The notes beneath the pieces were generated by a model that ran no database searches, was not told where the DNA came from, and was given only the letters and a program-made list of their open reading frames with translations. A stretch of 64,000 nt of DNA. It comes from Haplodiscus bocki. Its lineage: Eukaryota. The stretch lies in contig OZ296649.1 of NCBI GenBank assembly GCA_965655095.1, forward strand, positions 52,452,001 through 52,516,000. The letters are read 5' to 3'. Position 1 is the stretch's first letter. Every line of letters begins with the position of its first letter. Shown here one piece after another: positions 23,579 through 37,850 of this stretch. The translations under genes and the position numbers were made by a program.

Positions 23579-25699
23579 AGCGGTCACTCCTCAACTTTGT
23601 GATGCCCAAAGACCTTAATGTTCGGGATCTTTTTTGAACTTCTTGATTTACTGTATTCGAGAGTTCATTCTAAGTCTCGTGTTGTGCGCGAGAGAAACAA
23701 CAGTTTCTGTAAAAAACGATTGATGAACGTTTGATTGATTTTTTAGGAAATTTTTTGCGTGTTGCACGAGTTTGTTAATACTTTGCGTATACTCCGTTTT
23801 CTCCTTGGACTAGGACTTTTGCGACAAGTGCAACGACCCAATACCAGATCCAACAAAACAGTGTCCCCTCAACTACTCTCAAAACCATGTTTCTGAATTT
23901 GTGTGGTGCTTCTGTAAACAAACTTTTCTTGGTATTGGTGGCATTTATTGATGTTTCAACAGAACGGGGATCAAAGGAGTTGCAACTTCTCAAGTGCCTT
24001 CTGGCAAATTGAGTCGTCCTACCGCGTTCCGGTCGTCGGGGCCTTTATGGGTCTAATCAGATTCATGGGGACCACAGTGCATGACTTTAATGTGTCATTA
24101 GTTCAGCTCCTTTGATCATAAAAGCGTTAATTTTATGAAAGATGTTATGTTGACTTTCGATAGTTCGCTCGCTGTTATTTGCGGCGTATTCATTGTTCAC
24201 TGCCACGGGTTTGGACCGTTTTTCCCGCAAAACTTGAAAAACTGTTTTTCTTTATAGTTTTTCGTGGAGGGAAAGCACACCCCTTCTTCGTAGCTCACCC
24301 TGTACCATTAGTCCGATAGAGACTTTCCCTGAAGTCATTTGAAGGTCGATATTTTTCAATGCATCGTGGTAATTACGTCCTTTATTTCTTTAGGGTTGTT
24401 GTTGCATCGCTTTGCTTTTTTTAAAGAGAGTTTCAAATCTACCGTTCAACCAGTCATCGAATCATCTCTCCAGAGTCTTTTCGATTGCAGCGTCATGCTC
24501 GCCCTCAGTTCAAGCGAGGATCAGGTGAGCCATGAACACTTCTGAAATAGAGCGGATTTGAATTGCAGTGTGTTTTTGGCCGTTCGTGCAATGGCCATTT
24601 GATCGAAATAGAGATGCAATCTTGGTAAATTGTTGAAACTTTCATCTTGGAGTGAACTTGCAAAAACCTTTGCGGCAGAAGAATTGTTTCTACCAACGGA
24701 CAGAAATCATCTCCAACAAAAACATTAAAACTAAGAAAATTGAGTGTTTTGCCGTGACGTATTACCCTCACAGACGGTCTTCAAAACCGGGCTCAGAACC
24801 TCCATGTCAAAAATGTATACTACAGACACTATCGTATACAAAACTAAAATCCTTAATCAGGCACCAATATCGGTAATTATGGCAGATTGTTCTACAAGGA
24901 CTAACTTTTGTTAAAAACGTAGATTGAATTTTCTGTACTGCGGAAAAAAATCAAAAACATAGCAGTTTTCCATCAACAAGAATGCATTTCTTTTGATACT
25001 TTTCACCGTGTTACTTCAACATAGTGGCCGTCTACCAGAGGAATATCTTCTGCAGCCCCTCCAGCAACGAAGAGAATTTTTACTTTGTTTTGCCAAACAA
25101 CTTCAGAATTGAGGTGGGAAAGACCTTTTTCGGAAATAAAAAAATTGAATATGCATTCTACAGCAATTTCGCTGGCTTTACACATTTTTTAAAATTTCAA
25201 ATGTTTCTTTCCAAAACCAATCTTATTTTTAAAACAACCCCAGTTTTTTACGTTTTCGAGAAATTTTACTCTATCAGAAGCATTCTAAGCAGATTTGCTT
25301 TGTGTTTGTGAAAAAGGTTTGAATTTTGCAACCGTGTTCCGATTTTGTGTTCGGACAAATAGCAAGTAAAAATTAAAAACTCACCGCTTTACTGAGGTTC
25401 TGTCAGTTGATATGATTGTTGAAAATTGTCTTTTGATTCTACGGATCAGAGGGAAAAGTAAAATTTTTTGTATATGTTTTTAGTTATAAAAGTACCGAGT
25501 TTTTGGGCCGAATGAAGAGTATAGTTAATGCCTGAAAAACAAACTGTTGTAGTCAACACGTAACGACAAGTGTTCAGATTTCGTTCTGAATTCAAATTCA
25601 ATCCTGTTACGGTTGAGGAACTAAAAAAAAGGATTTCACCGTAATCCATTCTCCCTCTTCCAGGTTTCACTTGTCCTCTACTGGACCCTAGTTGGAGTA

Positions 25700-28600
25700 T
25701 ATTTCCCCTATGATCACCTACCTGGGTTTTGGAGGCTCTTTCCGGGTTAGTCCTCTAAGTAAAACCATAGGTTATATTTTAAACTAACTAGTAACGTCTG
25801 CTACGCAATTGCTCCAGTGATCCAAACTATCCATCAGATCCTCGAGCACTACTTTCAACAGTGCGACTAATATTTCCGACCCCCCTTCTCACCCTTCTTG
25901 CTGTTATCATCTTCCTCAATAGGTTCGGCTTTAGCGTTGAAGTTGTGTCCTTCCTGGTGCTTCTGGTAACTTTTTGTCTACATCTACGTGTACTGGTTTT
26001 CCGTCCGATTTGTAAAAGCACTGAAAAAATTTATCTTTGTCCACCGCTTTAAATTTTTGGACCTTCAGTATAGATTCTCATATTCCGAGATGGCATCTTT
26101 GTCTTGTTTCGTTCCCTTCTGGTATGCCAATCGACTCACCTACTTTCAGTTCTATCCTTCTATTCTTGTTCTCACCTGACGTGCCTCTTTTTAAGTGATT
26201 TCGAAAAAATAGGCGGTATTCCAATTAGCATCAGGTGGACCGTTTGCTTGTTTGTGGTACGGATCCTGTGTTTGGTACTGTTAATAGCATATTTTGGTTT
26301 TGTTTTTCCTTGTATTTGTATGTCCCTTACGGAAGTTTTTTCTGACCTTTTGTTCCTAAAATGAGTATCGATTTTCAAAAATTCCAGCGATCGGCTTCAG
26401 CGGTGTAAATTAGCGATCTGTAGGACAAACATTGAGCAAATAGCTTTTTCTTTGCTATCAGAATGTGATCCATCATTACTCCTCTTTCAATACGGCCGAC
26501 ATAAACAGAAATCTGTTTCAGTGGCACCAGAAAGTTTTATTTCTTCCAGTTACACAGGAACCTTCTGTTATCTTTGACTAAAATGATCAGTTAAATCCTA
26601 GGTTTCCTACCATGGTGTTGTTCAAATGGGTTTACTTTTTGTCCAGTATGTATGGTGAGCCGCATTGTTTTTAGTGCTCGGTTTACATTTTCGCTGATAC
26701 CGATCTTAGTTGCTAGATTAGGTATATTCAAGTTCTTTTTAGTCTGTATTGAGCGTTCAGCCGCCTCTGTCCCTATATCTAATCTCGTTGGCCTGCATTC
26801 TATTTCCATGTTTTTTTTTCTTTCAAAATTCTTCATAATTCAGGGATTTGCATGTGCTACCCCAGTGTCATCTTTCTTACTCAGACGCCGAAAAAAGATT
26901 TGAAAAACTTCCATAAACTTGATGACTTGCATTGTTTCGCAAGATTGACATACTCGAACAACAAGCCCTTTACTACATCTTTCAATTCGAAAAAAATTAT
27001 ACGGTTCAACGGTTAAATTTCTATTAAACAATTCGCTGAAAAATCGTTTTGAAATATTTTTTACGGCTTGGCCAGTACGGGTAGTTTGATCTATTCAGTG
27101 GGCAGTAACTGAGAAAGCAATTTCTTAAGAGAACTCAAGCATTGCTTGTGTTGCATTTAACCTCGTTATCCTCACAAAACCAAAACGACCAAAACATATA
27201 GCTTCAGCTATTAATTTCTTTATACTGGTCTGACTGAAAAGCTGTTTTTGCACCACTTGTTTTTCCTGTTAGTGGGAAAAACAATTTTTTGGCGTGAACA
27301 AAATATTCTGAAGTGTTCGTTCACTTGACTGAAAACCGGAGAATTCTTTTCAGATGCGCAGTGAAAGTGATCGTTTCAGGGACGTATCTTTAGATCAAGG
27401 AAGTTCGGATTAATCGCAGTTTTAGGAATCGGTGTGTTTAGTTCAATCATGAAACTGAAGTCGTGTTTTTTTAGATTCTGCTCTGCTTGAATTGTTTTCT
27501 CTTTTTTGATTTTCAGCTATGTGGTTCATATGAAGTTAAACCAGAGTTTCTTTGACATTGTCTTCGAACTTTAAGTCCACAATGGAAAATTTCACGGTTG
27601 ATCGTAGACGTTGCTGCCTTCAGTATCAAAAAAATTCCCCATTTTGTCCTTCCCTTTTGGTACTCGTACTTGTTCCACTTTTGTTTGACTCCCAAAATTT
27701 TCCGCTGGATTGTTTATTCTCATTGTTTCTGAACAGCAGTTTGAGATCTTTAGAAGTTGTTTTGTCCCTGCACGATTTGTACGAGTTTGGCAGTTTCGAG
27801 GTTTTCAATTCACATAGCCCTAATTTTTGAACCGAAGCTTACTGGTTTCATCAGGCTGTTGGGTCTTTCGATTACTTGAAATTTTTCGGGACGCTAGTTT
27901 TTTTTGTCGATAATGTCCAGAAAGTACTTGTTTGCTCCCCAGTGGTAGTGATCACATGTAAGTTACTTCTCACTTTCAGAAACTGTGAAATCAAACTGTG
28001 AAAACAAATATTAAAATGGTGAATGGGATGAAAGTTGGCGTCAATTAAAGTACTTGCTTGCGTTCGTCCGCGTTTGCAGTCTTTCGATTTAGCTTCTGGG
28101 CTAAATCGCCTCGGTTAGTCAATTTCGTTGGTCGAACATCGGCTCGTCGTTCATTTCTTTAACGTCTCTAAATAATCTGTTCATCGATTTTGTCTTCTTG
28201 TTTTTTTTGGTTTCTTTGTACGGTGGTATTTTTGTGAACAGTTACCTGTTATCCACAATAAAATTGTTTTCTGTCCCTCTTGTTTTCTTTGTCAAATATA
28301 TATGACTTCTTCGGTTGGTTCTTTCAGTTGTTATATTTATTGATTTGTGGGTGTCACTATGTTCAATTTCCTAAGGTTCCGTCAATTCCCTAATTCCTTG
28401 TTCTTTTGGCTGTTTCGGTCTACAGAGTTTGCAAATTGTACTTTTTTGCAACTGTGACATATCCAATCTCGGAGTGGGAAAAATTGATTCCGAATACAAA
28501 ATGGTGCGTTGGAATACCTGCAATTTCACATTTTCGGTCTTGGGCTTGGCACTGTTAAGTCTGTTGCGGTATTTTCTAATCGTTTCTTCTTTGATCTTTC

Positions 28601-29720
28601 TTTCTCTTGTTCATATCTACGGTTCTAGTATAGTTTTTTTTAACTATCTGACGTTTTTCGTTGTGTTTTTTGTCGCTAGAGGGTGTTACCAATTTTGATA
28701 CGACTGTCTTGGTTATGAAATCCGAAAATGCAATTTGTTCTAATTTGATCATTTATTCCAATGGTTTTGCGGTTTTTCTGTTTCTGAATGTTTCACCCAA
28801 GAAATCTCCTCCAGAATTTTGTTTGTGTTTTTCGTTAAAAAGTATCGACGCTATAGCATGATTACTTTGTCGATATTGATTTTTCCTGATTCGGTTCGTT
28901 AATCAGATCGTGTTATCTGATGTGTTATTTCGGGTCCCAGTGCCCAGAGAAAATCTTGTTCTATTTTCTCTTTGAGTTTCAATCTCTCTCGGTAACTGTT
29001 CCTACCTTGGTTAATATTGCAAAATCTATCTCACACATTCCTTTGGTGTACTGCTTGAGTTGTTCCACCCGCTATCGGTAGTGATGGATTCTCTTCCCGA
29101 CCATTCTTTTTTCGTGAAGACACGGTATCTTTACAATGTCTACGGTCATAATTTCTTGGTATAGTTAGAAGTGACAAGCTGTCGGTGAAAGTATAAAACT
29201 ATCTTGCTTCATGCGTCGTATTAGAATTCTACGTATAAAAGGGAAACAAATTGATTTATGAACTTTTTTATTTTGAAGTTGCCGTGTTCTTGGTTCTAGG
29301 GAATAGTAGGTTTAATGCGTACAATATAAATTGTTTGTTTAATGAGACGTAACGACATTCTAAAGTTAGTTCCAAAATTCAATTCAGTCACGCTGCGGTT
29401 GTGCAATCTGAGTAAACGGAGTTCGTCCTATAACACAGGGTGAACAATTTCTCGCACATCCGCGGAGAAGATTCTCCAAAAACAAACTCGTTTTTTGACT
29501 TTTTCTTGCTTTGCAGACTCTTATAAGCTTTCTGCGAGGTGAATATTGGAGAAAATGGTGTAATTGGCGAGGCACACATGTTTGATTGTGTCATATTTGC
29601 TCGACGTCATAACTACCTACCTGGTTCAAGTTTACGTGCTAGCACTTCGTTGTCTTCCATTACTCTTTCCATGAAGTTCCACGTTGTTGACTGAGCAGAT
29701 TTTGATTGGAAGAAACTAGT
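25700..29720 (-). mobile_element. Decayed Ty3/Gypsy LTR-retrotransposon internal region
   Basis: Integrase-core remnant at 26591-26836 (GTEAAERSIQTKKNL...VNRALKTMRLTIHTGQKVNPFEQHHGRKPR); weaker zinc-finger, RT-thumb and gag-like traces upstream. Boundaries approximate and LTRs not found. Confidence 0.6.
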
Positions 29721-30723
29721 CACGCTTTTGCCATTTGTCAGATCAAATAAACGTTTCTCTGTTTCTCAAATGAAGTGCTGGAAATCGTTTCGGCGGAAAA
29801 ATATAGGTTCATGGTTCAAAATTTGTTCATTTTTCTGATTCTGAATTGTAAATTGTTGTGACGAAAAGGTATTTCTTAGAGCACATTCCAAAATCATTCG
29901 AGTTTCACCTTTGTTATATTTCAAAAAACCCTTGATATTCTCAATTAATCAAAAAACTGTCTGAGTTGCGATACGATTGGAGAAATGAACTCAATCTGGT
30001 GTAAAATTTGTTCACACATTGAGATAAAAATCTAACAGCGAATGGTGTTTTGGCAGAAGCAAATGACAGTAGTTGAACTGATACGGAAATTTTTGTCTTC
30101 CTAAATGGTGATACGCTTGGGAAGTTGAAATTTTTTAACCAGTGCATTTCCTGCAATCCTTTGAGCGGAATCTGACATAGTTGTTTTTGCTATAGTAACT
30201 TCGAAGTAAGTGGGCTATACGTCTGAAACCAATCAACTCACTAAACTTTCCAGATGGTATCTATTGTGTAGAAATCTTAGTGCAATTCTTACTCCAATTT
30301 GTGTTAAATCACAAGTCTTTTTTTTCATGAAATTGCCTTAGAGCTCGAATAACTAAATTTTCGACTCTCAACTGATTAAAGTAGGTGGATATTGATCATA
30401 AACTGGCAGATCAAGCTTTGGTAGTAATTAGACTTTTAAATCAAATTTCCAACCATCATCAAAATGATGGCGCAAAGATATCGTAACTTTCGAGCGAGAG
30501 ATTTTCTGTTTCTGAAGTTTGGTCAGCAAAGAGGACAGAACATGTCGAGAAACGTTCCAGTAAAAAGTGTCTTCGTCTCTCAGATTTTCCCGTGGGTTTA
30601 ACAGGACACGTTGTTGAAGCTCTGTAAATATGTCTGATGCCTTGTTTTGTATTTTGTAGGGGGCTAGGTTGTTTGCAATGGGATTAATTTTGGCAATTGG
30701 AAAACATACTCCTTCATGATTAC

Positions 30724-30725
<2 letters not shown>

Positions 30726-30767
<42 letters not shown>
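30726..30767. repeat. (AG)n microsatellite
   Basis: Direct read; perfect run of about 21 units. Confidence 0.95.
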
Positions 30768-30769
<2 letters not shown>

Positions 30770-30959
30770 AGTTGCTTCTTTCCTTCATTATTTGGAAATG
30801 TAAAGCCTATTTTCCGCAAAAAAAAACAGTATGCTTTGAGCTCAAGGCAAAATCTACCGGATATTTTTCTAGTAGATCCCAATCACTTTCTGGCGATAGA
30901 AAACGGAAGCGGACAACATTTTTCATTTCAGTAAAAGTCAGACTTTGGTCCACTAACTT

Positions 30960-32680
30960 TTTAGTTTATAAACAAAACTGGAAGAAAATCAATTCTCACA
31001 ATTGTTTTTACCGATGATGATAAAAAACTTTTTTGGTAAAATTCAGACATTCTTCATATGGCTTGCTCATTACTCTATCTTCCTATTTTTGTAAAAAAAC
31101 TACTGTTTTTGCGTAGAGCTTCTGACGCTTTCGGTGTAGAATGGCTCTTGGTAGCAAGCGCGTCTGTAACAGTCTCAAGAGTTTTGCTGCTACCTCTGTC
31201 GTTGAACTGATACGTCCCTACAAGAAGTCTTAGTAAAATGTTTCCGGTTGAAGCTTTGATACTGAGTTTCTGAAAAAAAAGAAGTTCCCAGAACAACTGT
31301 TCATCGATGTCAAAATTGGGTTAATATCGTGGTATTCATAATTTCTATGTTTAAATGTTTACAAATTTTTGCCTCAAATTTGTTCATTCTTCCAGAGGCC
31401 ACTACGAAATTTAGATGAAGATAAATGATGCACGACACAGAGTCGTTTTCGGACAGTTTTTTTTTCTGTAGCAAGCAGCTTCACCTTTCAGCCCTGTCCC
31501 ATTAACGATCTCCAGGTTTTTCAACTGGACAAAAAACAAAGATTTTTCGGGTGGAACTAATGTTTTTCAGTGAGCTGGAAAATCAGATTCTAAGTTTTAC
31601 AACTGGTATGCACTCAAAACACTTTTTTTACAAACAGACTGTTGGCAAGTAATTTCATGGGTTCTGCTAAAGAACTGCAATTAGGATTTTTGTCTCCTTG
31701 TCATCGAGTTCCACCAGCGCATCATACAAGATCATTGGAGAATTTCAGAGGATTGTATTCTACGAGTCGGCACTTCGGTTCACAGACGAGACCTAGGTCC
31801 AAAAAAACAACAGTGGTTGGGGTAAAGATGGCTGCACTCTTTAGCTCAAAACCAGAGATTGGTGTTCGCCGCGGCTGGGAGATTATTCTTTTTTTCTCGG
31901 CATATACTTGCACTAAAGATACAACTTCTTCTCTTCAAACGATCGCTGTTTTGAAAAATGGAAGAAACATTGCAAAATGTTAATTCAGACGCTCTAGAAC
32001 ATCAAAATCGCACTTTACATAACCATAGTACGAGCCCCTTTTTATTCCATCTAACAACGTTTCTCCCGTCAGCGGCCTTTGGAAAGAAACCGATTCTCTC
32101 AAATACTGCACAACACAACTGAAGCCACTGTCGTGTATATTGAACACCATTCAAACTCCCACATCTCCATGTTATTTCAATCTTTCTCTTTGATGCATGT
32201 TTTCGCAACTTGTCCATTTGCTGCTTTTTTGCGCGTTCAATGTCTTGTTTTGTTGAAGAGTGTCGAGCGTCTTAGCATGAAGAGTATGGATAAAAACATC
32301 CCGTGGCTTCAAACACGGCGTCGCAATCAGCAAAAAGTCCGTCTTCCCTGAGAGAATGGGTTCTTTTTGAGGCATCGTGGTGAAGGGTATCTAGATTACG
32401 CTAAGGTGTGATCCATTGAAATTTAGACAAATCATTTTTTCAAAGCTTCTTATCTTTTTCTGTTCGTCTTGAGCTCTTACAAAACTTCGTTAAACTCGTA
32501 CCTATTTTAAAGCCCTGTAGAGTTGGCCGGACGCATGCTTCAAAGATAGGTTTGGCGTTTCAATCCCAACAGTTGATCTGCAGTTGACTGAACAATTGCG
32601 AAATTAAGTCTCATCAAGAGTTACCTGTAAACACTGTAGAAGGTCCATCATGTTTCAAGCCAAGCTATAGGGGGCCATTC
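30960..32680 (-). pseudogene. Polinton/Maverick-type protein-primed DNA polymerase B, C-terminal half, decayed
   Basis: GPSTVFT, motif-A-like STVGIE..NSTGL, CDAVFEATGCFY, EMWEFEW, YGYVKCDFDV, ISQPRR, motif-B-like GDKNPNCSSLAEPMKLLANSLF (~31630-31700). The last part (YQFNDRG..NEQAI..SEFYQK) is collinear with the better-preserved copy at 63360-64000. Confidence 0.8.
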
Positions 32681-33199
32681 TTGGCACCAAACGCGAGAAG
32701 GAGCCGTCACGCACCGAGAGCTTTTGGGTGCTTTTTTGTCGTTGTAATACTCGATTCAGAAGGGCTGACGATGTTTAGGGGCTTTCATGCTCGTTGTGAT
32801 TGACTGCCGACAGTTTTCAGGTTCTGGGCAAAACTCGAATCAGTATCAATATTTGCCATGCTCTTTGGCATATCTTTAAGATAAGCAACGGTGTTGGGCA
32901 ATGCATTTAAATATAAGGTATGGTGTTTTACAATGTAGAAAGATTCAGAGTAGGAAGAGGAAAAAATGTATCATTTTTTGCAGTGTGGTACTTTTTGATA
33001 AAAATTGTTTGAGTTTTTTCCCTCTTTTCCAGGGCTTGACTCGGAGTTTTTACGATGTAAGCGTATCCTTTATGATGTAAACGGTTCGTCTGAAGAATCT
33101 GTGGTGTATTAATAGAAGGTTATATTGGTTCGCCTGGTATATACAAAAGCAGTTGGGTTTAATGGTTCAATTCGGGGACTGTCAGACTTTTTCGAAAAA

Positions 33200-34020
33200 A
33201 AACTTTTTCCTTGCAACCATGTTCGCCACGATAGTTTCAACGGCTGTCCTTTGATAGAAGTTGGATTTGGGATTTGGTGACGGATTTTCTTTACGACTGC
33301 AGTTTTTGATTACGCCTACCGGAACTCTTTTGTTTTTTTTAAGTGGAGTCTCCAACGTCCTAAGAGAAAGTTTTGATGGAATATTGGGCTTTTTGTGTTG
33401 TTTTCTGATGACCCAAGGTATTGAGTTACTACAAATGATTTGACGAGTACAAGGGCATTTGATAATGTTTGAGGATAGATGTTTCGTTTAGTAAATGTTT
33501 TGAAAAAGATTTCTGGGTGGTAATTCTGCCTACGGCAACACTCTACGTTTAGAAAATCTAGGTTTTTTGCAACAAAAAGTACTGTGCCCAGTGTTGCAGC
33601 TCCCACTCCGATGTTGTACACTTGTCATTCCTGTTCTTTTTACTCGCATTAAACAATCAACTACAACACATGCTAAATGTAGATTACAGGCAAATGTTGA
33701 TAGAAAAGGACTTTGATAAGCTGAAGTGATTGCTGTACAGTAACAGCCTTTTAAACACAAACGTTTATGGCAGTTAATTGACATCAGTTTCCTAAACTGG
33801 CTGACTTTTTCGTCAGTCTTACTTCTTTCACCTGTGTGATAGAAAACCTCTGACTAGTTCTGTAAAAATTGAAACTGATTTACTGAAAGACGTGGTTTTG
33901 CTTTGAAGTAGGTAAACTTAGCAGTTTTTCTGCAACTTAGAGTTTAGATTTCGACAAAAAATGGTTTGAAAGCCTACAATAAACAACGCAATCTGTTTTA
34001 CGGTACGGTACGAGACAACG
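33200..34020 (-). pseudogene. Possible Polinton retroviral-like integrase remnant
   Basis: Only faint collinear traces (KTAKFTYFK, KSASLGN*CQLTAINV, FVAKNLDFL, FFKTFTKR, DVGD); adjacency to pPolB fits Polinton layout. Confidence 0.3.
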
Positions 34021-34979
34021 CTGATTTTGTGAAAACTGGTAGGTAAAGTACGTTTTTGACATTTTGTTGTCTTTCCAAATAACGAACCTTTCACCCGAGC
34101 AAGGAAACTAAATTATTGATCTCGGAGTCTTACTTTGAAATTCGAAGAGCAAAAATTCATAGAAACAAAGCTTCAGCTTCAATCCATTTTTCGTTTTTTA
34201 ACCAGTGTTTGAGTTGATGTGTCTCACGACTGCTTTACCTCTGAATCTCGGAAAGCGCCAACAGTACATGATTGACATTGAGATAGGATTCGCAGAAAAA
34301 AAAGCTATAAATTTGAAGAGGCCAGACATTTAGTTTTGTACCGACAGATGTTCTGAAAAACTGTTAAGCTATCTTCTTGTCTGCGACAGGATCAAGATAA
34401 CATGAAAAATTGTTGAAGGTGGTCAAATATTCTCGCGCAGAGACAAATTTTGAAAAAATCGAAGCTTTTGACTTAAGTTCTCAAAATTTTTTATTACCAG
34501 AGCAAGCTATGTCTGTTCGCTGTTAAGACTCAATTCCGAGAATTTGAAGGGTTTAAAAAGTACTTTTCATTTTCTCCTTTGCTTGATACAAATTCACGTT
34601 CGAAAATAACTACTGGATTTGAAAAACAGTCAATAATTTTCGGGAAGTCAGTCTGACGCTAAATTTTATGGATAATTGCGATGTGTTGCACCAATTTTTT
34701 GGCCTAACTTCTATAGGTGTTTTTCTTTGGTGTTGAGGGTTTGTGTTTTGTGAATTGTTCCACAGGTGTTCTGTTCTTAGCAAGACTCGGCATTCGTGCA
34801 ATTTTTGAAGCGTCTGTTTAATTTTGAAGCTCTGTCCACATTGTCGCAAAATTGTTTGTTTTTTTTTTAATAAAATCACTCCCATTGAATCTGAATTTGA
34901 ACACGGTGAAGAAACAACCCCTAGACTGATACGTGAATTCAACCCCACTCTACTTGTCAAACAATTTTTTCATACCATT

Positions 34980-35600
34980 TTCTCACCGATTAGTTTTTGG
35001 TACTAGCAGTCAGACAAGGAACAGGATCTTGGAGTTTTTCTTGCAGAGTAAGTTTGTTCAGTAACTAGTTTTATTCCGTGGTTATCTGCGGAAATGAAGA
35101 CACAGAAGAAATGTCCTGATTGAAAGGCGGGTTTTCCTTCCAACATAACAATAGCCACTTCCATTGTAACAACGTGGCGTCCCCAATTGATTCTCGAACA
35201 AAACGTAACTTCGGTGAAGTACATCCAAACAGCCTAAAAGTTCGATGTACATTATTGGTCAGAAGCTGCAACCTTTTACTCCAACAGGAACCTTTGTTGA
35301 TCATTGACGATGCAAAAGACTTTCGAACGAATTCACAATTACTGAAAACAAATAACATTGCCAGAAAAGTTTGCTAGCTAGAAATGATGATACTGCGGGA
35401 AGTTCGTGGAGTGAAGTCATCGAGGACTGTTATGCAAAGGACTTGGGTTTTACTGGAACTAGAAGAGTACCTCAGTGTTTGGATAAAATCCGAGGTTTCT
35501 TTTAATACACGATTCCACAAAAAAGTATAGTCATCTCCCTTCTTGGGGTTTCCGGAAACATTCAGCTCAAGCATCACCAAAAGTTGAGTCTTATGGTTTC
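34980..35600 (+). pseudogene. Possible FtsK/A32-like packaging ATPase remnant
   Basis: Walker-B-like LLIIDD at ~35293-35310 followed by KSSRTV..VLL and SPF; Walker A not recognisable. Confidence 0.25.
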
Positions 35601-36779
35601 AAAATAAAAAATTAAACAGTCCAACGCTGTCTCCAGACCTTGTAAATTCTATGAAATTCGACCAAACCGCATATAAAGAGGAAACAAATTCTCCTATTTG
35701 ATGCACAACAAAACTGAGGGTAATCAATTTTTTAAATTAAAAGATTACAGAAGCACGACATAAGTAAAAGTGTTAAAATACAAAATGTTTTGTGGCCGAT
35801 CCAAGTAGTAGAGTCCGTGGTCAAAATGTAGGTTCGAAAGATTAGCAGAGCAAAAAACTTGACGTAAAAAAATGACTGTAACTTGCACGAAAACAGATGA
35901 CATTTTCAAGAGGAGTTAATTGTTCCATAATTTCATAAAGTTGTGAAAGACAAGTGGAAAATCTTAATTGATTAAAAGTTTCAGATAGTTAAAGACGTGC
36001 AAGGCTTCATATTGGGAGTTTGCTGAGATATTGACTAGATGAATGCTGTGCAGGGTCCCAAATGAAGATCTTTCCAGTAGTTTGCACTCTTCCTCTTTGT
36101 TTCATCTGTACCAGAGCCCTCACAAGATAATTTTCAGTCCAATGTGAGAAGGCACTTCAATGAATTGTTTTTTTAACGTAATACTCTGAGGGAAACTCGA
36201 AGATCGTAGGAACTTGTGGCAATGCAAAAAGCATAAAAGCAATTCCTCATACAATTTGTGCAAAGACCGAAAGGGCACGACTGATTCACATGGGCGTAAA
36301 AAAATTGTCAGAAAACGTATTCTCAGCCTTACACCTTTGGTTACAAAAAAAGCTAAAAAACGAACCTTTTGTCCTTGCAAGTTTAGAGTTTTTGTCTGCG
36401 AAGACTAATCAAGTGAAAAAACTTCAATTAACAAGTCAACCGTTTCTCTGAAGAAAGTGGTCGAAGGGAACCAACGTTCCTTCAGGTGACAACAGTCTGT
36501 TTAATGAAACCAATAAAGAAGACCGGTTAATCTTTGAAGCCGCGAGAATTTGTCCCAGAAGATTTACCGAACGAAACAAAAAACCATCAGAGTGTGGAGA
36601 CTTTGCCTGAGAAAACAAGGAGTTCACTGATGAAGAAACAAAAAGCATACAATATCAAAAACTGTGCACGACCCTTAAAACATGAGATACAAGGAGCAAA
36701 CTTTCCGTTGCAATCAACTTTTGAAGGCAAAACAATTTTCCATATATCGCATGCTTTTGCTTTTCACTTCTCGACTCAC

Positions 36780-37850
36780 GTGAAAATCCCAAGATCAATC
36801 CAAATCAAAAGCAACATAACTGCAATGTGTTGATAAGCAGCAAAATTCCAATATCTTTTTGAACCCCGCAGGTTTATGAGACATGGATCCAGCAGCTCCT
36901 TTGTCACTCAGCCAAACTTTTGGTAAGGATTTCTTCACTTTATTATCTTCAAACATCAAAGACATCATTTCAACAGACTAAAACAGACTTAGGTCCAATC
37001 TTCACTTCATTATGTCCAATGGACACTGGACAAAAAAGAAAAGGGTTGAGCGTCAGCTTTAAATTCTTTCAAAGAAGTTCTCAACCGGAATAACCAGTCA
37101 AAAAAATAGTAGCTACTGTTGAGGAGTTAATTGACTATTGGAAAGCCCGAACAATGAAATGAGTTCTTCATTTCTTGGTGAACTGTAATTGTTTATAAGT
37201 GAAGCTCTGTGTTTTGGCTGTTTCAAGTATAACGTTTGCTTTTGCAATTTTTTTTGGAGAGCTAACTTTTTAGTTCTTATCTATTGAAGAACTCCAGATA
37301 GAAAGAAAGTTCGATCAAAAACTACTAAGTAAACTAGCACTCACAATAGCAGTCGCGTTCATAAATTTTTCATTCATCGCAGAAACTATGCTCATTCCAT
37401 TACATAAGTGCATTTTTTTCTCAGCGTCCATTCTTAATGCCAAAAATCAAAAAAGGAATAGGTCGTTCTACTTAGACCTAATGAGAACGGAGTCCGTGAA
37501 ACCTGACTTTTTATCTATGTACTTTGCAAACCACATAATTTTTGGGAGAACCTTGTCGAATATCTTTCACTTTCAAAATATGATGCTAAGCAAACGGCTG
37601 AGATTGCTTGTTGTAAAAAAGTTTTCAAGGTTGACCACCGTCTAGAAACTATTTCTCCTATAACTTTGAATTGATCAACCGAACTCAAATCATAAGTTAA
37701 AATAATGCTAAAAAGTACCTATTTCTTCAAACAGATGAAAAACCTCACAATTTCCAAGACAATTATTCAATTTCTGACGCGATGTAAAAACTTTAAAATC
37801 TGACCACTTGGTATGTTTTTTAGTTGAAATCTGACGCAATGTAAATTTTT
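36780..37850 (+). repeat. Left arm of an old ~1.05 kb inverted duplication (partner 40430-41506)
   Basis: Blocks such as GTGTTGATAAGCAGCAAAATTCCAATATCTT, GGACACTGGACAAAA, GGGTTGAGCGTCAGCTTT, TTTCTCAGCGTCCA and GAGATTGCTTGTT occur in reverse complement and reversed order in the partner. Confidence 0.85.

Larger units (their letters stand above)
20260..24700 (-). mobile_element. Heavily decayed CRE-like (restriction-like-endonuclease) non-LTR retrotransposon, split by the LINE at 20508-23052
   Basis: Collinear remnants: MAHLILA..KTLER*FDDWLNG..MTSGKVS..GVLSL (24540-24270); zinc-knuckle remnant NLRSHCSYGDTFAVTHFPLRGKKG then KVFSPIAKPCP (23165-23053); past the LINE, LEENNLNPSVFTCT..SFALALSILCGRG (20440-20260). 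Most of the RT core is missing. Confidence 0.6.

Noticed and set aside
23428-23637. RE-repeat ORF (also 30716-30934)
   Set aside because: Translation of (GA)n microsatellites.
30726-30767. (AG)n as the Polinton terminus beyond the 30960 pPolB end
   Set aside because: Long perfect run next to a heavily decayed element, with no partner TIR or TSD; an ordinary microsatellite is likelier.
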